This document shows, piece by piece, positions 57,911 to 64,000 of a stretch of DNA of 64,000 nt. The stretch's first letter is position 1; the number at the start of each line of letters is the position of its first letter. The notes below the pieces were generated by a model. It saw only the letters and a program-made list of their open reading frames with translations. It was not told where the DNA came from and ran no database searches. A program made the translations under genes and the position numbers. Origin of the DNA: Candidatus Bathyarchaeota archaeon (GTDB lineage Archaea > Thermoproteota > Bathyarchaeia > Bathyarchaeales > Bathycorpusculaceae); NCBI GenBank assembly GCA_963828195.1, contig CAWHDT010000001.1, positions 128,001 to 192,000 on the forward strand. The letters run 5' to 3'.

Positions 57911-58546
57911 TTAAGTGGTATTCTTAGCCTCTTGAAAGCTTTTCACGTAACCCAAAACGTCAGTTGCTTGCTTTTTTGAAATGTATCCATTCTGAGACAG
58001 CGAATTAACGATATCCGAGATTTTTGCTAAAGCATGAACTTTGAAGCCAAGCTTCTCCAAGTTCTCTTTGCCGCCCTGCTCCCGGTTTACAACAACCAAC
58101 AGGTGCTTAACTTTTCCGCCTAGCTCTTGCAGTGGCTTGATGCCTTCTATCTTGGACAGCCCCTCGCTTATGACATCATCAAAAAACAAGATGCTGTCGC
58201 CATCCACCACGTCGGCCCCTGCAATTCTACCTGTAACGCCGTAGGCTTTTTCCTCTTTCCGCACAATTATGCAGGGCAAGTTGACTTTGCAGGCGATGCT
58301 GGGAACTATCAGCGCGCCTTTGAGTTCAATAGAAGCCAATTTGTCTATTCTGACAGAAGTCGTTATCTGGTTAATCTGTTCTGCGGCCAAATCGGCTATA
58401 ATGCATAACTGTTTGGGTGAAGAAAGCAAGCGGGCAAGGTCGATGTAATATGGGCTGGTTGCTCCAGACTTTATTTTGAAGCTTCCAAACTTTAAGCATC
58501 CAGAAGTGTATAGAGCGTTAGCGACTTTATCGGTAATACTTGACAT
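57911..58546 (-). CDS. pyrE: Orotate phosphoribosyltransferase
   Basis: FG.F..KSG..SPYYID, RKEEKAYG, PRPP motif FFDDVISEGLS. Confidence 0.93.
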   Translation of the reverse strand: MSSITDKVANALYTSGCLKFGSFKIKSGATSPYYIDLARLLSSPKQLCIIADLAAEQINQITTSVRIDKLASIELKGALIVPSIACKVNLPCIIVRKEEKAYGVTGRIAGADVVDGDSILFFDDVISEGLSKIEGIKPLQELGGKVKHLLVVVNREQGGKENLEKLGFKVHALAKISDIVNSLSQNGYISKKQATDVLGYVKSFQEAKNTT

Positions 58547-58616
58547 ATGAGTTATCCCTAATGTGGATGTTAACTATAAAATTTAACCCTTTACCAACCC
58601 AAAAAAGGTGAAAGAA

Positions 58617-59606
58617 TTAAACGACCAGATCTGCTAGGTCCACGCTGTGCTCATAAATCTGCCTGAGTAAGGAAACGGTTGCTAAAATTTGAGGCATCAA
58701 ATCTACAGAAGCCTCCTTTGCTACTGTTTCAATAATTGTGGAGGTTTCATCGATTTTTCCTCGGAGATTACGCACGTTTTCAGCCAAAGCTATGTCCTTA
58801 TTTACGAAGGATTTCAACGCTTGCTCATGAGCTTCGTAACAAATCGTTTGTAAATCAATCAGCAACTTCTGTTGGTCTCCGGGCAGCTTCAATCCATTGA
58901 GCGCTATGGTTTTTGCAGCAACCTGGACGCATGCGTCGCCTATACCTTCAATTAAACTTGCTGCCAAACGATAATCCAAACATTCTATTGAAGTAATTCG
59001 AAGCTTTTCACTTAAACGAGGGTTTTGAATTATTGTCCTCAAAATCCTAACCAACAAAAAATACAGCTTATTACTCTCAGCATCTCTCTCGATTACGTTC
59101 TTAGCCAACTCTACGTCGCCGTAAATAAAGGAGTTAGCGGCATCACGAATCATCCCAGCTACAATGGCATAATTGCGCTGTAAAATCTTCTCAGGAATAA
59201 ATCCAGAGGGCTGCTGCATTAGAGTTTGTAAGGAAATTTTTGAAATCGTTTCTTCAACTATCTCTAAACCAGCCAGAGAACTCGCAGTCAACTTCACTAC
59301 TTTTCTAATAGAAGAGTCAATGCGGTCTTTTGCCAGAATATCAATACAATCATACCCCAGGAGATAACGACCGATAATCTCTCGTCCAAGATAAGGACCG
59401 ACGTTTAAAGAAGTAACCTTAGGTGTCGGCTCTACGGCGGCTTGTGTATCAACAAGGAGTTTGCCGTCGCTAGTAACGTCCAGACTGACTGAAGCGCCCT
59501 TTTTTAAACCATTTTTTATAGCCCAGTCTTTGGGTAAACAAACAAAAAAGGTTCCAGTTGGTGTTTGTTGAATCTTACGCGATTCACCCATAATCGACAC
59601 TCTCAA
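58617..59606 (-). CDS. AbrB-PhoU phosphate uptake regulator
   Basis: RKIQ.T..GTF.V.LPK.W (AbrB), YLLGYD, tandem PhoU repeats (E.IGD). Confidence 0.9.
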   Translation of the reverse strand: MRVSIMGESRKIQQTPTGTFFVCLPKDWAIKNGLKKGASVSLDVTSDGKLLVDTQAAVEPTPKVTSLNVGPYLGREIIGRYLLGYDCIDILAKDRIDSSIRKVVKLTASSLAGLEIVEETISKISLQTLMQQPSGFIPEKILQRNYAIVAGMIRDAANSFIYGDVELAKNVIERDAESNKLYFLLVRILRTIIQNPRLSEKLRITSIECLDYRLAASLIEGIGDACVQVAAKTIALNGLKLPGDQQKLLIDLQTICYEAHEQALKSFVNKDIALAENVRNLRGKIDETSTIIETVAKEASVDLMPQILATVSLLRQIYEHSVDLADLVV

Positions 59607-59809
59607 GAGATATAATTAATCTAAACTACACAGCAATTATATAAACTAAGTTCATTTTGTCCAATGAACACTTAATGCCAGAGCTGAAAAACGATATGCA
59701 AAACTTGTCTAATCAGTCACTGAAAATCTTACCCAAACCTTTCCTGCAAAAAGAAAAACAGTAAATAACTCAAGAGCGTAAGAGCCTAACCATAAAAACA
59801 TTCTATAAA

Positions 59810-61396
59810 ATGTACAGGGAAGCAAGAACTCGGTCAATGAGCGAAAAAGGAAAATTACAACAAGCACTTGAAGCAACAATGGCAGCTGGATATCAATTAA
59901 ACAGTGACGCTTTTGAATTTTTAAGGCAAAACTCAGAAACCACCGACCCAGTCGGCATCATGGATTTAGCGCTTCAAATAATAGAAGAATTGCCGGAGAA
60001 ACCGATGTTCATAGGCAGAGTTTTCTTAGAGGCAATATTGGAACAGCTTAAATCGCCAACTCCAAAGGTTAACCCCCCGCTACCGCCAGTAGTCTTGGAG
60101 CAACCAATAACGCAGCAAGCAAATTCAGTCGAAACCATTTTTTATCCCTACGCAAAGGACATGAAATCCGACTTCAGTATTCTTGAAGACGCAACTGGAA
60201 AACTCAGTTCTAACGGCACTCTTGAAGAATACCTGGAATATTTTCAGGACAGGTTTAAACGGATTGAACGTCTGTTTAGGCAAAGAATCGACGTTAAAGC
60301 TGCAACACCAATACTTGAAGCACTCAAATCACCTGCTAAAACAAAACTCAAAATAATCTGTATGGTAACCGAAAAAAGAGAATCGAAAAACCAAATGATA
60401 CTCTCGGTTGAAGATTTGTTGGGGAGCGCAACCGTTTTAGTGCCTCAAAAAGCGCCTGAAGAAGTCCGCAAAAAAGCGCTGCTTCTTTTGCCTGACCAAG
60501 TGGTGTGTTTAGCTGTGATAAAGACAAGAACTAATCTTTTTTTGGCTGAGGACATTATTTTTCCAGAAATAGGTAGAAAAACTCAGCAACGAGCTCAAGA
60601 ACAGGTTTACGCCGTTTTAACATCGGATCTGCACATCGGAAGCACTAAATTCCAAAAAGAAGCATTCAAACGGTTCATTCTCTGGCTGAAAGGCAAATAC
60701 GGGGACGAACAAATGAGGGAAATAGCAGGCAAAGTAAAGTATCTCCTGATCGCAGGTGACATTGTTGACGGTGTTGGAGTGTACCCCAACCAAGCCAAAG
60801 AACTCTCCATACGAGACGTTCATAAACAATACAATTTTGCGGCGAAATATCTGGAAAAAATCCCTGAGTACATCGAAATATTCATTTCTCCAGGTAATCA
60901 CGACGCATCACGCAAAGCCCTGCCTCAACCTGCTATACCGGAGGGTTACTTGACGGGGATGCAGGGTAAAAAGAACATTCACTCTGTTGGTAGCCCCTGC
61001 CTGTTAAGTCTTCACGGTGTTGAAGTTTTAATGTATCATGGACGCAGTTTAGATGATATTATCTCGGTTTTGCCCGGCATGGATCATGATCACCCGGAAA
61101 AAGCAATGCGGCTGCTTATGCAAAGCCGACATTTAGCTCCGGTCTACGGTGGAAAAACCATGTTGTCTCCAGAAAACCGTGATTATTTGGTTATCGAGAG
61201 GGTTCCAGACATCTTTCACGCGGGGCACATCCACGTCTTGGGTTACTGCAATTATCGCGGAGTGTTAGTGGTTAATTCAGGCGGGTGGCAGGAACAGACT
61301 GATTACATGGAGAAATTAGGGTTGGTTCCAACGCCTGGCAAAGTTCCAGTTGTAAATTTACAAACGTTGGAAACAACTATTCTCTCTTTTAACTAA
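59810..61396 (+). CDS. polB: DNA polymerase D small subunit DP1 (proofreading exonuclease)
   Basis: SDLHIGS, AGDIVDGVGVYPNQ, PGNHD, YHGRSLDD, RHLAP.YG, GHIH, NSG.WQ.QT; start may be 59837. Confidence 0.96.
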   Translation: MYREARTRSMSEKGKLQQALEATMAAGYQLNSDAFEFLRQNSETTDPVGIMDLALQIIEELPEKPMFIGRVFLEAILEQLKSPTPKVNPPLPPVVLEQPITQQANSVETIFYPYAKDMKSDFSILEDATGKLSSNGTLEEYLEYFQDRFKRIERLFRQRIDVKAATPILEALKSPAKTKLKIICMVTEKRESKNQMILSVEDLLGSATVLVPQKAPEEVRKKALLLLPDQVVCLAVIKTRTNLFLAEDIIFPEIGRKTQQRAQEQVYAVLTSDLHIGSTKFQKEAFKRFILWLKGKYGDEQMREIAGKVKYLLIAGDIVDGVGVYPNQAKELSIRDVHKQYNFAAKYLEKIPEYIEIFISPGNHDASRKALPQPAIPEGYLTGMQGKKNIHSVGSPCLLSLHGVEVLMYHGRSLDDIISVLPGMDHDHPEKAMRLLMQSRHLAPVYGGKTMLSPENRDYLVIERVPDIFHAGHIHVLGYCNYRGVLVVNSGGWQEQTDYMEKLGLVPTPGKVPVVNLQTLETTILSFN

Positions 61397-61412
61397 TCGG
61401 GCAGGCGGCTAG

Positions 61413-62651
61413 CTAAGTATCATTTGCGCCTTTACGTGAGGATTGTAGAGAATAATTAAGCAGGCTGCAAAACCGGTTATCGCTGCCAAACACATCCCTT
61501 ATGAGACTTCGTGCAATTTCAAGCCTGATTTTTTTGGTTCTGCCATATCGCCCCATACTTACAACCTTCGCGTTCACAAGCCCCATGGAGTCAAGTTCGT
61601 TAATCAATGTGCCTAACCGACGTTGGGTCAGAAGACCAGAACCCATTTCACCGCACAATTCATTGTAGACATCGTATATTTCGCCTGTAGTCGCACTTGA
61701 CTTATTCAAGTGGTAAACGCTAAGGAGCACCAACTTTGAGTGCAAAGTCAAGTTTTTGAGCGCTTCAACCACTCGGTTGTGTTCAATATGTTTTTCTGCT
61801 TGACGCACATGCTCTTCAGTAATCAAAGTGGCTCCTTGTCGCTCAGCAACTTCTCCAGCAACACGTAGCAAGTCCAAGGCTCGTCTCGCATCTCCATGCT
61901 CTGCAGCAGCCAAAGCTGAGCAAATACTCAACGCCGGGTCAGACAAAACGCCATCTTGAAAAGAGAGTTTTGATCGTTCAAGGAGAATGTTCCGAAGCTC
62001 AGCTGCGTCATATGGTCTGAAAACTAGTTCTTCCTCGCTAAGAGAACTGAAAACTCTGGGGTCCAAAAATTCCTTCAGTCGGAGATCATTGGATATGCCG
62101 ATTATCGAAACTTTGCTCTTGCTTAAAGTCTCATTTATCCTTGTTAGCTCATACATGAAAGCGTCTCCGCGGTCTTTAATCAGGGCATCAATTTCATCGA
62201 GAATAATTATGAAAAGTATTCTCGAAGAGTCCAAACCAGCTCTGAATCTATCAAAAACTTCACCGACAGATAAGCCTGTAAAAGGGATAGTCATACCAAG
62301 GTTTTGGCTTAAACTTGCAAAAACGCGGTATTCTGAACCAGTCATGCGGCAATTTATATAACAAAACTTTACGGGCGCTCCATATTCCTTGGCCTTAGAT
62401 TCCAGGTGACTTAATACATATTTTGTTACTGCCGTTTTTCCTGTTCCAGTTTTTCCATAAATAAAAATGTTAGAGCATCTTTCATTCTTTAGGACAGGTG
62501 CGACGGTTTGCCCTAATAACCTTATTTGGTCTTCTCTATGCGGTAATTTTTCAGGAAGGTAATCGTGCCTGAGAACTTCTCTATCTTTAAACAGCCGAAC
62601 CCCATTAACGAAGCTTTCGAATACATCATCTAATACGCTTGGATTTCCCAT
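61413..62651 (-). CDS. cdc6: Orc1/Cdc6 replication initiator
   Basis: YLPEKLPHRE, YGKTGTGKT, ILDEID, GDARRALDLLR, GRYGRT. Confidence 0.97.
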   Translation of the reverse strand: MGNPSVLDDVFESFVNGVRLFKDREVLRHDYLPEKLPHREDQIRLLGQTVAPVLKNERCSNIFIYGKTGTGKTAVTKYVLSHLESKAKEYGAPVKFCYINCRMTGSEYRVFASLSQNLGMTIPFTGLSVGEVFDRFRAGLDSSRILFIIILDEIDALIKDRGDAFMYELTRINETLSKSKVSIIGISNDLRLKEFLDPRVFSSLSEEELVFRPYDAAELRNILLERSKLSFQDGVLSDPALSICSALAAAEHGDARRALDLLRVAGEVAERQGATLITEEHVRQAEKHIEHNRVVEALKNLTLHSKLVLLSVYHLNKSSATTGEIYDVYNELCGEMGSGLLTQRRLGTLINELDSMGLVNAKVVSMGRYGRTKKIRLEIARSLIRDVFGSDNRFCSLLNYSLQSSRKGANDT

Positions 62652-62656
62652 TACCC

Positions 62657-63268
62657 CATCCCCTCGATTTCAGAGGCTCAACCCTTATTTCGTGTGGAAC
62701 AGATAAAGGATGTAGTACAAAAAACTGGTCTTAAAGCACAATAATCCTAAAAAACAATGGGAACCTTAGATAACAAATGGGCAAATTAAGAGCAAGACAC
62801 ACCCCAAAGTTTCTACTGGAAAAAATTCTTGCATTAACGTAAAAAACATCTATTTATAATAATTAGATAATATACTCTGATAGGTAAGTAACAATTTTAT
62901 ATATTAACAGTTGCTATCCAAGTTTTTAGATAAGTTTGCTGCAAATATTTTTTCGACTTTTCTTCACTTTGTTTTTCCCTGAAAACTTCGAGAGGAAACG
63001 TAGGGGTGTGGGTAAAAGGATTTTTAGCGTCATAAATGGGCTTAATTTAAGTGAAAACTTGAAGTTATTCAAAGCAGCCCCAACCTATTCAAGGCTAAAA
63101 AATTTTTGGGAATTTTTTCTTTAACCATCCCTATTTTTCGTTCACAAAACTGTGAATGCATGTTAAACTGCATTAAATCTGCCGCTTAAACAGTTTGCTT
63201 TTACAGCATAATACGTTTTTCTTGTCTATTTACTGTGAACAAGCCACCCCTATGCTTCTACTGGAAAC
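62657..63268. other. Replication origin (oriC) with ORB elements and AT-rich DUE
   Basis: ORBs: 62682-62700(-) GTTCCACACGAAATAAGGG; 62802-62822(-) TTCCAGTAGAAACTTTGGGG; 62986-63007(+) TTCGAGAGGAAACGTAGGGG; 63247-63268(-) GTTTCCAGTAGAAGCATAGGGG. AT-rich stretch ~62825-62935; adjacent to cdc6. Confidence 0.9.
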
Positions 63269-63462
63269 ACAGAATCAAACGGTAACGTTAGCTTTCCAGT
63301 TATTCCGATTCACAGTGAAGCTCGTTATGTTGGACGGATTGCAAATCATAGCTGGTTAGCTATAATAAGCTCGTAATTGCCTTTTCACTTATTCAGCTTT
63401 CACCATAACAGCTATAAGCAGTGAAGTGTAAAGTTGTGAACAACACTTGCGGTGTACACCAA

Positions 63463-63894
63463 ATGCCAGCTCGTAAAATGCGTGTTGAGCTGTTCGATAG
63501 CGACGGTAATCGATACACTATTGCTTTCGAGGGTCAAGTAACACGCGATAAAGCTCTGCGCCTCTTGGATCTTGTTGAATTGCTAGGTGGCGCACCGAGT
63601 GAGGGCACAACTGTCGGTGCAGGGGCTTCATTACCAAATCGCGTGCCTTCACGGTTTGAAAAAGTTCAGCTGGTAATTCAGAAAAGTTTTCCGCTGATTT
63701 GGTTTTCCTCAAAGGATATTCAGTCAGTTTATGAGCAGGAGCTTAAGGAGCCAGTCAGCCTAAGTACCGTTTCAACCTACCTTTCCAGGATGACAAGCAA
63801 AGGTTTGCTATTGAGGACCGGCGGATCAAATAATTTGAAGTATAAAGCTGTCTTAAATATTCCTCAAGCTACAATAAAACAACGCATAAAGTAA
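63463..63894 (+). CDS. Conserved protein with C-terminal winged HTH, next to oriC
   Basis: MPARKMRVEL.D..G..Y.I.FEG; WFSSKDI..VYE.....VSLSTVSTYLSRM..KGLL.R wHTH; ATG 63463 preferred. Confidence 0.85.
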   Translation: MPARKMRVELFDSDGNRYTIAFEGQVTRDKALRLLDLVELLGGAPSEGTTVGAGASLPNRVPSRFEKVQLVIQKSFPLIWFSSKDIQSVYEQELKEPVSLSTVSTYLSRMTSKGLLLRTGGSNNLKYKAVLNIPQATIKQRIK

Positions 63895-64000
63895 CCTGCC
63901 TAATCCGCGCCAGATAATACCGCTCAAATTACCTAAGAGTTAAATGCGGAAAGCTATGTTGGCTGAGTGTTTTCCGGTTTCTTTAGCAGTTTTTCCATCT

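Noticed and set aside
62936-63124. 62-aa ORF
   Set aside because: Lies inside oriC across an ORB; F/K-rich composition typical of non-coding AT-rich DNA.

Overview
Archaeal chromosomal window, most consistent with Bathyarchaeia (TACK). Evidence: archaeal r-proteins, aIF2-gamma, Rpo7/Spt4, PolD DP1, Cdc6 beside an ORB-containing replication origin, Fae-Hps, AOR and frequent TTG starts. Most of it is housekeeping: the rps6e-eif2g-rpo7-spt4-rps24e-rps27ae cluster, rpl3-rpl4-rpl23-rpl2-rps19, tmk, ahcY, pyrE, DP1, cdc6/oriC, tRNA-Glu(TTC) and an intron-containing tRNA-Ser(CGA). The standout feature is a ~13 kb accessory array directly downstream of tRNA-Ser (31854-44953). Five direct, partly decayed copies of the tRNA 3' end divide it into five small gene cassettes. 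Four of these copies are preceded by the same non-tRNA palindrome (consensus TTTACYRGTAAA). Further inverted scars resemble the 3' ends of other tRNAs. Cargo: TrmB regulator + secreted protein + broken Ig/vWA protein; Lrp; a PIN TA pair; a MazF TA pair; a YVTN surface protein. No integrase lies in the window, so this looks like an integron-like, tRNA-anchored cassette system mobilised in trans (inference). Other notable items: an HTH-Fae-Hps fusion with candidate operator repeats, a radical SAM protein with a long unknown N-terminal domain, a structured leader/uORF before an MgtE-type gene, a split Rv2004c-like kinase pair around a PHP gene, and several small frameshifted genes missed by the ORF track. 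All calls were made by eye, without database searches.
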